Part shown: positions 1-9,083 of the stretch, piece after piece
How the letters are laid out: each line of letters starts with the position of its first letter
Numbering within the stretch: the stretch's first letter is position 1
DNA from: an uncultured Armatimonadetes bacterium
GTDB lineage: Bacteria; Armatimonadota; Hebobacteria; Hebobacterales; Hebobacteraceae
Reading direction: 5' to 3'
DNA: 64,000 nt
NCBI GenBank assembly: GCA_963716175.1
Contig: OY970296.1
Span: 1,600,001 to 1,664,000, forward strand
Made by a program: the position numbers and the translations under genes
Notes under the pieces: model-generated
What the model saw: only the letters and a program-made list of their open reading frames with translations
What the model was told of the DNA's origin: nothing
Database searches by the model: none

Positions 1-98
1 TCATCCTGGTGCTGCTGACCGTGGCTCCCTCCATCCGCAACGTGCTCGATCTCTGGGGGCTGCGGCTACTGGCATTCTTCAGGTCTTTTCATCTTTGA
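1..98 (+). CDS. 3' end of membrane-anchored protein, probably SteA-like (partial)
   Basis: Frame from nt 3 reads ILVLLTVAPSIRNVLDLWGLRLLAFFRSFHL* (TGA 96-98); hydrophobic C-terminus directly upstream of mctB-like gene, the usual steA-mctB order. Confidence 0.45.
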   Translation, partial: ILVLLTVAPSIRNVLDLWGLRLLAFFRSFHL

Positions 99-119
99 GC
101 ACGAGCCGGTCAGGAGGCT

Positions 120-1007
120 GTGGTGCCCATTGACTACCGCTATCATATCGGCAGCTTCGTCGCCATCTTCGTGGCGCTACTGCTGGGAATTCTGATCGGC
201 ATCGGGCTGGCCCCGAACCCGGAGGAGCTGGACCGCAAGGTGGGAGAGCTGAAACAGCTCTACCGGGAGACACAGACTGCGAAGGAGGCGGAGCTGGCCA
301 GCCTGGGCCAGGAGAAGAGCGAATATGAGACAGTGGCCAAGGAAGCGGTCTCCGGGGTGATACGCGACCGCTTGGCGGGCCGGCGGGTGGCGATCGTGCT
401 GGATCACGATTTCGGGCGCGATCCTCTGCCGGATGTGCTGCGGGGGCTGATGAAGCAAGCAGGCGCCACCCTGGCATCTACGACCACCGTCACCCGGGAG
501 TTCGTCTCCCTGCCCAGGCCGGTGCAGCAGCGGGTGACTGAGCAGCTTGCGCTGTACCCCGCGCCGGGGGTTCACTATCGCAGCCTGATCGCGGAGGCGC
601 TGGCGCGGGCCTTGGCCCAGGGCCGGCGCGAGGTGGTACTGGAGCTGCAGTCCGCGGGCCTGGTGAAGTCGAGCGCCGACTCCGACTACGGGCCTCCAGT
701 GGACACCGTGCTGCTGGTGGGCGGAGCGCAGTCGAGCGCGGAGGCCTCGCCGGAGCGGATTGACCTTCCTCTGATCGCGGAGTTGACTCGCCTGCGGGTG
801 CGGGTGGTTGGCTGCGAGTCCAGCCGGGCTGCGACCTCCTCGACACCACTCTACAAATCGAAGGGGATTCCCACCGTGGACAATGCCGACACCCTGGCGG
901 GGAGGATGGCGATCGTGCTGGCGCTGGCCGGGGCAGATGGGCACTTCGGTGTGAAGGAAGCGGCCGACCGCTTGCTGCCGGATCTCTCTGCCGCCGGCCG
1001 CCGCTGA
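120..1007 (+). CDS. MctB/SteB (DUF3186) family protein
   Basis: N-terminal DYRYHIGSFVAIFVALLLGILIG, coiled coil, C-terminal TVDNAD..G....VLAL.G..GHFGVK; AGGAGG RBS before GTG. Confidence 0.8.
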   Translation: MVPIDYRYHIGSFVAIFVALLLGILIGIGLAPNPEELDRKVGELKQLYRETQTAKEAELASLGQEKSEYETVAKEAVSGVIRDRLAGRRVAIVLDHDFGRDPLPDVLRGLMKQAGATLASTTTVTREFVSLPRPVQQRVTEQLALYPAPGVHYRSLIAEALARALAQGRREVVLELQSAGLVKSSADSDYGPPVDTVLLVGGAQSSAEASPERIDLPLIAELTRLRVRVVGCESSRAATSSTPLYKSKGIPTVDNADTLAGRMAIVLALAGADGHFGVKEAADRLLPDLSAAGRR

Positions 1008-1010
1008 AAG

Positions 1011-2612
1011 ATGCCGGTCTCAGCCATCATCCCGGCCTACCGAGCCGCCGCCATCGTGGGCGAGACGGTGAAGGCGGCCCGCCGCATTCCCCAGGTGTCG
1101 GAAGTGATCGTGGTGGACGACGGCTCGAACGACGGCACCGGCGAGGCGGCGCGGCTGGCCGGGGCCGATGTGGTGATGGCGCTGCCGAGGAATGCGGGCA
1201 AGGGAGGGGCGCTGGCGGCGGGAGTAGCGGCAGCTCACTGCGATCGCGTGCTCTTTCTCGATGCCGACCTGGGCGGGTCGGCGGCGGAGGCGGGGCCGCT
1301 GGTCGAGGCGGTGGGTGAGGCCGCGGCGATGGCGATCGCGGTGCTGCCGAAACGCGGCGGTGGAGGCGGCTTCGGGCTGGCGCGGGGCCTGGCGTGGGCG
1401 AGCATCCGGCTGCTCGCGGGCCGGGAGGTGGCGGCTCCGCTCTCGGGACAGCGCGCGCTGCCGGCGCAACTGGTGCGGCACGTGGGCCTGGCGCCTCGCT
1501 TTGGGGCGGAGACCGGGCTGACGGTGGAGGTGGCACACCTCAACCTGCCGATCGTGGAGATTCCGCTTCCCCTGGAACACGAGCCGACGGGGCGGACGCT
1601 CTCGGGATTCCTGCACCGCGGCAGGCAGTTCAGGGATGTGCTGCGGTTTGCTCTGCTGGCGGGGTATGGGCTGGGATGGCCGGCGCTGTCACCGGCGCGG
1701 ACGGCGGTCCGCATGGCGGCGTGGCTGGCGGCGCTGGCGGCGGTGATCGCGCTGGCAGGGGTGAGGTTGCCATCGGCGGCCGAGCTGGTGGGCATCACGG
1801 CTGGGGCCGGGGTGGCCGCGTGGCTCCCGTCGCTGTGGGTGGGCGCGGTGTGGCTTCGGCTGCGGAGGCCCAACTACCTGGGCCGGTCGCTGCCGGCAGG
1901 GGCGGGGCTGCTGTTTCTTGCGGTGGGGCTGCCGGCGCTCTGGTTCTCGCCACTTGCCAGGGAGCTGCGCGCGCCGGGGCTGATCGTGGTCGGCGTGCTG
2001 GGCGCGGCCGGTCTGCTGGACGATCTGCTGGCGCGGCGGCGCCAGGCGCGGGGGCTGCGCGGGCACCTGGGGTCTCTGCTGCGGGGGAGGCTGACCACAG
2101 GCGCAGTGAAGGCCATCGCCGGACTGGGCGCAGGCCTGGCGGCCGGCGCGATGCTGGCGCCCGGGCGGCCCGCGATGATAGCACTGGACGCGCTGCTGAT
2201 CGCGCTCTCCGCGAACGTGGTCAACCTGCTCGACCTGCGGCCGAGCCGGGCCCTGAAGGGGTTCGGGGTGATGTGCGCGGTGGCGATCGCGGCCTCGCCC
2301 AAATCCATTGACCTGCTGGGGCCGCTGCTGGCGCTGGCGGTGGTGGCGGCGCCGGCCGAGTTTGCGGGGCGGGTGATGCTGGGCGATGTGGGGGCGAATG
2401 TGCTGGGGGGCGCGGCGGGCCTGGGGCTGGCGATTGCGCTATCACCGGTAGCGCGCTTGATGGCAGTCGCGCTCTTGCTTGCGGTTCACCTGGTCTGCGA
2501 ACGCGTTTCCCTGACCGACGTGATTGCGGGAAACCGCGTGCTGGCCTGGCTCGACCGCATCGGCACCGCGCACCTGGCGCCATTCCCGGCGCCGGAGGCG
2601 GTGAAGACGTGA
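1011..2612 (+). CDS. Glycosyltransferase family 2 fused to MraY/WecA-like (Glycos_transf_4) membrane domain
   Basis: N-term IIPAY, VVDDGSND, NAGKGGA, FLDAD; C-term multi-TM with GLLDD, NLLDLRP, MLGDVGAN. Confidence 0.8.
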   Translation: MPVSAIIPAYRAAAIVGETVKAARRIPQVSEVIVVDDGSNDGTGEAARLAGADVVMALPRNAGKGGALAAGVAAAHCDRVLFLDADLGGSAAEAGPLVEAVGEAAAMAIAVLPKRGGGGGFGLARGLAWASIRLLAGREVAAPLSGQRALPAQLVRHVGLAPRFGAETGLTVEVAHLNLPIVEIPLPLEHEPTGRTLSGFLHRGRQFRDVLRFALLAGYGLGWPALSPARTAVRMAAWLAALAAVIALAGVRLPSAAELVGITAGAGVAAWLPSLWVGAVWLRLRRPNYLGRSLPAGAGLLFLAVGLPALWFSPLARELRAPGLIVVGVLGAAGLLDDLLARRRQARGLRGHLGSLLRGRLTTGAVKAIAGLGAGLAAGAMLAPGRPAMIALDALLIALSANVVNLLDLRPSRALKGFGVMCAVAIAASPKSIDLLGPLLALAVVAAPAEFAGRVMLGDVGANVLGGAAGLGLAIALSPVARLMAVALLLAVHLVCERVSLTDVIAGNRVLAWLDRIGTAHLAPFPAPEAVKT

Positions 2613-3319
2613 GGGCGGAGCCGGCGCCTGTGCTCTCGGCGCAGCCCACCGTGATCTTCACCGGGGCCTATGGCAGCGGGAAGACGGAGGTGGCGATCAA
2701 CTACGCGCTGGCGGCGCGGGCGAGGGGCAAGGCCGCGTGCATCGTGGACCTGGATGTGGTCACGCCCTACTTCCGGGTGGGGGACTACCGGGAGCAGCTC
2801 AAGCGGGCGGGCGTGCGGGTGGTAGCGCCGGAGGGCGGGCTGGCTTCGTTCGAGCTGCCCGCGCTGCCGGCGGAGATCGCGGGCGCGCTGGATGATCGCA
2901 CCATGCACGTGGTGCTGGACGCGGGGGGCGACCCGGAGGGGGCGCGCCTGCTGGCGATCTACGCGGACCGGATCAGAGGCCGGGGATATGACCTGTGGGT
3001 GGTGGTGAATCCTTTTCGTCCGGCCACCAGCTCGGCGGCTGCGGCGGCGGAGCAGGCGCGAGCGATCGAGGAGCAAACCGGCCTGCGCCTCACCGGGGTG
3101 GTGGCGAACCCGAATCTCGGACCCGCAACGACGGTTGCGGAGGTAAGGCGCGGCCTGGAGATCATCCAGCAAGGTGCGGCGCGGCTGGGGCTGCCGGTAG
3201 TGCTGGTGGCAGCCGCACGTTCGCTGGCGCTGGAGGAGCGGCTGCTCGGGGTCAGGGTGCTGGCGCTGGAGCTGGCGGTGAGGTTGCCGTGGGAGGGGGG
3301 AAGCGGAATGGGCGCATAG
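2609..3319 (+). CDS. P-loop ATP-binding protein (MinD/ParA/CobQ-like)
   Basis: TGAYGSGKTE Walker A, DLDVVTPYFR, VVLDAGGD, VVNPFRP; GTGA overlap with upstream stop. Confidence 0.75.
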   Translation: MRAEPAPVLSAQPTVIFTGAYGSGKTEVAINYALAARARGKAACIVDLDVVTPYFRVGDYREQLKRAGVRVVAPEGGLASFELPALPAEIAGALDDRTMHVVLDAGGDPEGARLLAIYADRIRGRGYDLWVVVNPFRPATSSAAAAAEQARAIEEQTGLRLTGVVANPNLGPATTVAEVRRGLEIIQQGAARLGLPVVLVAAARSLALEERLLGVRVLALELAVRLPWEGGSGMGA

Positions 3320-3462
3320 CGGCGCATATGTCGCGCTCGGCGCTGTGTCAGTCACGGCTGCTCGATGTGACCGTCAATCTGCCGTTACAGCAGCGAGAGG
3401 ATGTGTTCTGTTCCCCTGCGAACTACGCTGACCGGCGTGATCACACAGGAGGCGGTCGCAGC

Positions 3463-4488
3463 ATGGGCGACGCCGCACGGGGCCCCTGCATATACTGCCG
3501 GGCGTTAGCACAACCGGGGGCGATGAAGCCGCCCAGAGAGCACGTGATACCTGCTTCGCTGTCGGCCGGCTTCGCTGGCAACCTGACGATCCCATGCGTG
3601 TGCCTTCGGTGCAACCGAAGGCTAGGAAAGGAACTTGACCAGATCCTAGTCGAGGGCACGCTGCTAGGCCCACTTCGGTACCGATCAGGCCTCAAGCAGG
3701 ACGTGCACCGAGCGCCAGTACCACGGGCGCCCCGCTTCACGGTCCTGTGGCGAGGCATGAACCTCCAGCTAAGACCGCGCGCTGACGGGCTCGACTACGA
3801 GCTCCATCTGCCGACACAGGTGGGCTTCCGGTGCCGCGAAACGGGGGAGTTCAGGTACTGGCTGCTCAGCGAGCTGTGCACTGTCCGGACCGACGCAGCA
3901 GTTGATACCGACGGAGAGCATCACATCGTTGGCGAAGATCCAAGCTACCTCGAAGATGCGGTCCGAAGTCTTGCGGAAGTCGGTATAGAGTCAGTAGGAC
4001 ACACCCGCGAACAGGTGCCCTTGTCGGGATCTAGCCCCGGTGGCGAGCCGTGTCAGCTCGATGTCGAGACATGTACTCTGGTTGATACTACGATCAAGCG
4101 GAGCATGGCGAAAATCGCCTTCAACTACCTGGCGTGGATTGTCATGGCCAGGACTGGGCGATCGGACTGGCTCATGCGCGACGAGTTTGACACGGTCAGA
4201 AGCTACGTGGTGGATCCGGCATCAACGTCTGGACCTCGACTCGCCACGGGTGCGAGACCACAGTGGCGCGGGAGTCCGGGGGCGGGCGCGCTGACCGGCC
4301 ATGTCGTCACATTGTCCTGGGAGCGCGGCCGCACCGACATTGTTGCGAGAGTCAGTCTGTTCTCCGAGCTGTCCTGGGATGTCGAACTGGCACGGTCGTT
4401 CCGCGGAGTCTGGTGGGAACTGTCATCAGGCCACCTCTGGGACCTGGACACACGGACTGTCAGCATGATGCGGAAGGCATCGATCTGA
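3463..4488 (+). CDS. HNH endonuclease domain protein
   Basis: CIYC...EHVIPASL...VCLRCN zinc/HNH motif; AGGAGG RBS upstream of ATG 3463; the upstream extension in the ORF track is spurious. Confidence 0.75.
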   Translation: MGDAARGPCIYCRALAQPGAMKPPREHVIPASLSAGFAGNLTIPCVCLRCNRRLGKELDQILVEGTLLGPLRYRSGLKQDVHRAPVPRAPRFTVLWRGMNLQLRPRADGLDYELHLPTQVGFRCRETGEFRYWLLSELCTVRTDAAVDTDGEHHIVGEDPSYLEDAVRSLAEVGIESVGHTREQVPLSGSSPGGEPCQLDVETCTLVDTTIKRSMAKIAFNYLAWIVMARTGRSDWLMRDEFDTVRSYVVDPASTSGPRLATGARPQWRGSPGAGALTGHVVTLSWERGRTDIVARVSLFSELSWDVELARSFRGVWWELSSGHLWDLDTRTVSMMRKASI

Positions 4489-4812
4489 CTGGGGACCGTG
4501 TCATGCCCACACGGGTTGCTTCATTGGAGCTCGTACTCCCATGGGCTCATACGGAGCGCTATGGCGCCATTGGCGCTGTCGCCTCTGCGGGAGGCGTTGG
4601 GGTTCGGCCTCTGCGCGAATGCGTTGCTGCGAGATCCTCCGCTGGGATCCGGAGGCGCAGGAGTGGGGCGGAGGTGGGGTGGGGCAGGTCGCGTGGCTAG
4701 GCCTGTGCAGCAGGCCGTGGCTAGGCTTCCAGCCGCCATCCCGGTCGAAGACCTAGGGACCACCCCGGCCGCGGCAGGCGGCCCAGGGGGACCTACCCTG
4801 CCGAAGGCGGCC

Positions 4813-5127
4813 GGCGGGCATGCAAGATATGCCCGCCCGACAGAGGGTGTCGCAAAAAGGGCTCACCGCGGGTGAGCGGCTTCAGCCATGGGGCCTGCGA
4901 GGCAACTGGGCAGGAGCAAGCTCCCGCCGAACGGGTTTCGCGATACACTCTACAGGGGTAGGTCGCGGATTCCTTCGGCTGCGCTCGGGACAGGCCTGCG
5001 CTACTACCCCAGATCGCCCGGAGGGCCAGGCTCGCACGTTGTGGGCAGGTCGGGGGACCTGCCCTACTGGGGTCGCAGGGTTACGCTCAGGATGATAACC
5101 GGGGCAGGAGGCCGGCTCCTGCCCAAC
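4813..5127. repeat. Cluster of GTAG/GTTG-type REP-like palindromes
   Basis: Hairpins GGCGGGCAT..ATGCCCGCC (4813-4837), GGGCAGGAGC..GCTCCCGCC (about 4908-4928), GGGCAGGTC..GACCTGCCC-TAC (5043-5067), GGGCAGGAG..CTCCTGCCC-AAC (5102-5127); relatives at 31819, 35511, 43727, 52596, 52732. Confidence 0.7.
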
Positions 5128-5220
5128 GTGAATGCGGCGGGAGAGGGTGTGACTTCCGCCCTGTCGAAAGCGCTGAGGGACGGGTTCCGGTACTGTAAGG
5201 GGCCCAGGAGGCGAGGACAG

Positions 5221-6456
5221 ATGCTCAAGGTTGGGTTTGTCGGAGCAGGTTTCGTTGCGAAGTTCCATGCCACTGCGCTGTGTTCGGTGCGTGGTGTTGA
5301 GGTGGCCGGCGTGACGGCTCTCGCCGGCGCGGAAGCACTCTCACAACAAATCCGAGGACTGGGGATCGGCGCCGGCAGGGTGTTCCCGACGGTGGGCGAG
5401 TTGTGCAAGAAGGTAGACGTGGTGGCCATCTTCGCTCCCAACTACGCGCGATTGGAAGTCATGCAGATGATCGCGGAAACTCGAACAGCCGGGGCTGAAC
5501 TCAAGGGGATCATCTGCGAGAAGCCCCTGGCGCGCAACGTGAGGGAAGCTGAAGCCATGGTGGCACTGGCTCGGGACGCCAAGGTGCTCACGGCGTATTT
5601 CGAGAACCAGATCCACATGCCCGCGGTTCGCAACGCCAGAGCACAACTGGCCAGCGTCGAGCAGGTAATGGGTCCTGTGCATCTGACTCGATCCGCCGAG
5701 GAGCACGGCGGGCCCCATGAGCCCTGGTTCTGGGATCCAACCCGGCAGGGCGGCGGCGTCCTCTGCGATATGGGCTGTCACTCGATTGCCGTGGGATGGT
5801 ATATGCTCACGCCCTCGGGGAAGGGACCGAGATTCCTATCACCGCGTCGGGTCGCCGCCCAGACCATGCTTCTGAAATGGGGTCTTGAGGAGTGGCGTAG
5901 TAAGCTGATGGCGCGTGGAGTTGACTACTCTAAGCACCCAGCCGAGGACTATGCTACAGGCACCATTGCGTTCCAGCACCCGGAGACCCACCAGGTGGTC
6001 CTGGCGCAGTTCACCGATTCCTGGATGTACGATGCTCCGGGTCTAAGGCTGCTGATGGAGGCTCTGGGGCCGGGCTACTCCTACACCGTCAACAGCCTTG
6101 AGTCTCCGGCAGGACTGTTCATCAGCGATGAGGCCGCGGCCGCGGTCGTGGACAAGGAGATAGCATTGGAGAAGTCCCAGGCAAGCCGCGGTGCACTCGT
6201 GCTGCAACCGAACGAGGCCGACTTGTATGGGTACGTCAACGAGTGGCGAGACGCGGTTGCCGCATTCTCGGAACAGCGGAACGGCCTTCTGGACTGGGAA
6301 TACGGCCGAGACATCACGCGCCTCGTGATGGCCGCTTACCTCTCGGCCGAGAAAGGGGTGACCATTGATCTCGGCGATCCCGAGGTCATCGCGAGCCTGG
6401 TCACCTACATCCCTGCTATCCAGGCCGGGGACGGCTGCAAAGTGCTCGGCCTATGA
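5221..6456 (+). CDS. Gfo/Idh/MocA family oxidoreductase
   Basis: VGFVGAGFVA Rossmann start, ICEKPLA, GGGVLCDMGCH; GAGGA RBS before ATG 5221. Confidence 0.85.
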   Translation: MLKVGFVGAGFVAKFHATALCSVRGVEVAGVTALAGAEALSQQIRGLGIGAGRVFPTVGELCKKVDVVAIFAPNYARLEVMQMIAETRTAGAELKGIICEKPLARNVREAEAMVALARDAKVLTAYFENQIHMPAVRNARAQLASVEQVMGPVHLTRSAEEHGGPHEPWFWDPTRQGGGVLCDMGCHSIAVGWYMLTPSGKGPRFLSPRRVAAQTMLLKWGLEEWRSKLMARGVDYSKHPAEDYATGTIAFQHPETHQVVLAQFTDSWMYDAPGLRLLMEALGPGYSYTVNSLESPAGLFISDEAAAAVVDKEIALEKSQASRGALVLQPNEADLYGYVNEWRDAVAAFSEQRNGLLDWEYGRDITRLVMAAYLSAEKGVTIDLGDPEVIASLVTYIPAIQAGDGCKVLGL

Positions 6457-6562
6457 CCATCGCGAGACGGGCGTAGTATTGCAGAAGTGATCTGTGGTGC
6501 GAGAGTGGCCCGGAGGTGGGGTGGAGCAGGTGCCTAGGCCTGCTGACTGACGGAGGCGAGGT

Positions 6563-7360
6563 ATGCATCCTGCGCTGAGAGAGCTGCTCGACCAGACGGT
6601 GGCGCGGTTCCGGGAAGATGCCCGCGCCATCGCCGCCTTTCACAGCGGGTCCATCGGGACAGAGCACGAGGATGAGTATTCCGACGTGGACCCGGTGTTC
6701 GTGATCGCGCCCGAGGCATTCGAGGAGGTGGACTCAGAGCTGCCGGGGATCTTCCAGGGGCTGTGCGAAGTCATCCATCTCTGGTGGCCGGAGCGGGGCC
6801 ATAGCGACAGGTGGCGGAACTACGCTTGTCTGTTCGAGGCCGGTGGGGCGCTCTTGCAGTACGATGTGACCATCATGAAGCCTCCGGCGGAGCTGCCCAT
6901 CCGGGTGGCGCCGCCGCAGTTCCTGTTCGACAAGGCCGGGCTGCTGGCAGTGGCGGCGCCGGAGCCGCAGCCAGTCCACGCGCCAAGCCGCCTGCTGTGG
7001 ACGGTGCAGCGGTACTGGCTCTACGTGTTCATCCAGGCGAAATACCTGCGGCGGGGCGATCCCTTCAAGCTGGCCTTCGCCCAGGGGGAGCTGTTCCAGG
7101 ACCATCTTCAGGTTCTGCGCGCGCGGCACGGGCAGGCCGATACGGATTGGTGGCCTCTGGCGGCAAGGGCGGGGGTGTCACCGGAGCGCCGGGATGAGAT
7201 GCTGCTGTATTTCGGGCCGCCCGACCGCGACTCAGTCCTGTCAGCGCTGCCGCGCGAGCTGGATGCCTTCTCGCGGGATGCCCGGGCCGCTTGCACTCGC
7301 TGGGGGCTCCCATACCCCGAGGCCCTCGAGAGCACCGTGCGGGCCCATGTCGGGAGGTAA
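6563..7360 (+). CDS. Nucleotidyltransferase domain protein (aminoglycoside/lincosamide NTase-like architecture)
   Basis: GSIG...DEYSDVD pol-beta-type motif plus helical C-terminal domain. Confidence 0.65.
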   Translation: MHPALRELLDQTVARFREDARAIAAFHSGSIGTEHEDEYSDVDPVFVIAPEAFEEVDSELPGIFQGLCEVIHLWWPERGHSDRWRNYACLFEAGGALLQYDVTIMKPPAELPIRVAPPQFLFDKAGLLAVAAPEPQPVHAPSRLLWTVQRYWLYVFIQAKYLRRGDPFKLAFAQGELFQDHLQVLRARHGQADTDWWPLAARAGVSPERRDEMLLYFGPPDRDSVLSALPRELDAFSRDARAACTRWGLPYPEALESTVRAHVGR

Positions 7361-7441
7361 TGCCGGCTGCTCCCGGCCTCGGTGATCGTACCGCGCGCGA
7401 GACCGGCAGGGGATGCGGTCGGGGGTGACGAAGAAGTGGTC

Positions 7442-7669
7442 ATGTCCAAGACAACGACGCGCGCGAGCGTGATTATAGATGAGGAGCTGTGCAAAGGGTG
7501 TGGGTTGTGCATCATGGCCTGCGGGCGCCAGGTGTTGGGGCTGGCCAGGCACATCAACAGCCGAGGCTTTCATCCGGCGGCTGCGCTGCACCTGGAGAGG
7601 TGCACGGCCTGCGCGCAGTGCGGGGTGATGTGTCCCGACGCGTGCATCACCATCATGAAGTCAGAATAG
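7442..7669 (+). CDS. 4Fe-4S dicluster ferredoxin (2-oxoacid:ferredoxin oxidoreductase delta-subunit-like)
   Basis: CKGCGLC...C and CTACAQC...CP motifs, IN..GFHP linker. Confidence 0.85.
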   Translation: MSKTTTRASVIIDEELCKGCGLCIMACGRQVLGLARHINSRGFHPAAALHLERCTACAQCGVMCPDACITIMKSE

Positions 7670-7696
7670 GAGCAAGTCGCGGCAGGAATGCTGCTC

Positions 7697-8395
7697 CTAC
7701 GGTGATAGTTGCTCTCGGCGGAGCTCTCGCCACTCCTCCAGGATCTTCGCGGTCTGGCTCACGCCGATGCGGCGGACGCCGAGTTCGCGGAGATGCAGGA
7801 TCCGGGCGCAGGTCCGGATGCCGCCGGCGGCCTTCACGCCCATCTCAGGGCCGGCCTCCTCCAGCATCAGCAGCACGTCCTCCTCTGTCGCTCCGCCGCT
7901 GCCATAGCCGGTGGAGGTCTTGATGAAATCGGCACCGACTCGGCGGCTGATGCGGCAGAGCTGGCGCTTCTCGTCATCGGATAGATAGCAGTTCTCGAAG
8001 ATCACCTTCACCAGCGCGCCGCTCTCGTGGCCGGCCTCCACTACGGCCCCGATCTCATCCTCCAGGTAGCGCCAGTCGCCGCTCTTCGCCTTGCCGATGT
8101 TCACGACCATGTCCAGCTCCTGCGCGCCGGTGCCCACTGCACCCCTGGCCTCAGCGACTTTGATGGCGATGGCGTGGCCGCCGTGCGGGAAGCCCACGGT
8201 GGCGCCGGCGGCGACGGATGAGTTCTCCAGCAGCTGGCGGGCGCGCCCCACGAAGTAGGGCTTGATGCAGACGCAGGCCACACCCCATTCGGCGGCCGAC
8301 TGGCAGCCGGCCTCGAGCTCCTGGTCGGTGAGAGCGGGCTGCAGCAGGGAATGGTCGAGCAGTTTGGCGATCTCGGGCCAGTCGGGGGTGGTCAT
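7697..8395 (-). CDS. deoC: Deoxyribose-phosphate aldolase
   Basis: LDHSLL, VGFPHG, ELDMVVN, KVIFE, FIKTSTG, VKAAGGIRT. Confidence 0.95.
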   Translation of the reverse strand: MTTPDWPEIAKLLDHSLLQPALTDQELEAGCQSAAEWGVACVCIKPYFVGRARQLLENSSVAAGATVGFPHGGHAIAIKVAEARGAVGTGAQELDMVVNIGKAKSGDWRYLEDEIGAVVEAGHESGALVKVIFENCYLSDDEKRQLCRISRRVGADFIKTSTGYGSGGATEEDVLLMLEEAGPEMGVKAAGGIRTCARILHLRELGVRRIGVSQTAKILEEWRELRREQLSP

Positions 8396-8507
8396 GGTCT
8401 CCTCTCACGGTAAGAGCTGAGCGACAGGTCAGAGTATATCACGAACGGAAGGGGCTTCGCCCATCACGCGGGTTGTCCCTCGCTGCGCTCGCGACAAACC
8501 CGCGCCA

Positions 8508-8611
8508 CCAGAGAGCTTCGTCGGATGAAGTAACACGGTGAAGCTCAGGAAGCGGCCCAGACAGGCACAGGGCGATGTTCGCACATCACCTCATTGTGCG
8601 AACATCATCAG
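8508..8611. repeat. 104-bp twin-hairpin MITE/REPIN-like element, copy 1
   Basis: Closely matches the reverse complement of 38718-38821; two hairpins GAGCTTCG..GAAGCTC and GATGTTCGCACA..TGTGCGAACATC. Confidence 0.75.
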
Positions 8612-8919
8612 GGGGCGTGAGACGGATCTTCTGGCCGCCGCGGCAGGCACTCGGCGGGGATAAGGAGGGTGGCGCCGGGTTGGAGCTGGGCCGGGGTGAC
8701 GGAGTTGGCGCTCATGATGGCCGCGACGATCTCGCGCACATCCCGGTCAGGGTCGCCATAGGTCCGGGCGAGCGTCCAGAGGCTGTCGCCGTATCGCACC
8801 TTGAGGGTGAGGGGAGCTGCATTCAACGCCGCGTCGGGGCGAGCGGCCACGGGCACTGCCGCCAGGGCGGCGGCGAGGCCGCCCAGCAGGGCCCATCTTG
8901 ACCAGCGGGGTCGTCTCAT
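8608..8919 (-). CDS. LysM peptidoglycan-binding protein, YneA/ChiZ-like SOS division inhibitor
   Basis: N-terminal hydrophobic segment, VRYGDSLWTLA...I...N.....LQPG..L.IP LysM; divergent from lexA. Confidence 0.8.
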   Translation of the reverse strand: MRRPRWSRWALLGGLAAALAAVPVAARPDAALNAAPLTLKVRYGDSLWTLARTYGDPDRDVREIVAAIMSANSVTPAQLQPGATLLIPAECLPRRPEDPSHAP

Positions 8920-8939
8920 CGTGTTACCCTCTCTTGGCT

Positions 8940-9023
8940 CAAACGTAGGTTTGCTACCACGGCAAGATACCACACATAAGTTTGCTAGCAAGACGTCCGC
9001 GGAGAATTTCAAACGGCTGTTTG
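8940..9023. promoter_or_regulatory. Three putative LexA operators (CAAAC-N4-GTTTG)
   Basis: CAAACGTAGGTTTG 8940-8953, CACACATAAGTTTG 8971-8984, CAAACGGCTGTTTG 9010-9023 in the LysM/lexA divergent spacer. Confidence 0.75.
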
Positions 9024-9049
9024 CGAAGAAGGCGAAAACGTGGTATTAT
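9021..9049 (+). promoter_or_regulatory. sigma70-type promoter of lexA
   Basis: TTGCGA-17bp-TATTAT with extended TG; -35 overlaps third operator. Confidence 0.6.
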
Positions 9050-9083
9050 CCCCGCGCACCCATGTTGGCAGGAGGAGGAGAGC

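Noticed and set aside
4888-5220. Long N-terminal extensions in the ORF track (also 2995-3462, 10220-10384, 20231-20548, 61665-61835)
   Set aside because: They run through repeats or neighbouring genes; RBS and domain starts support the downstream codons
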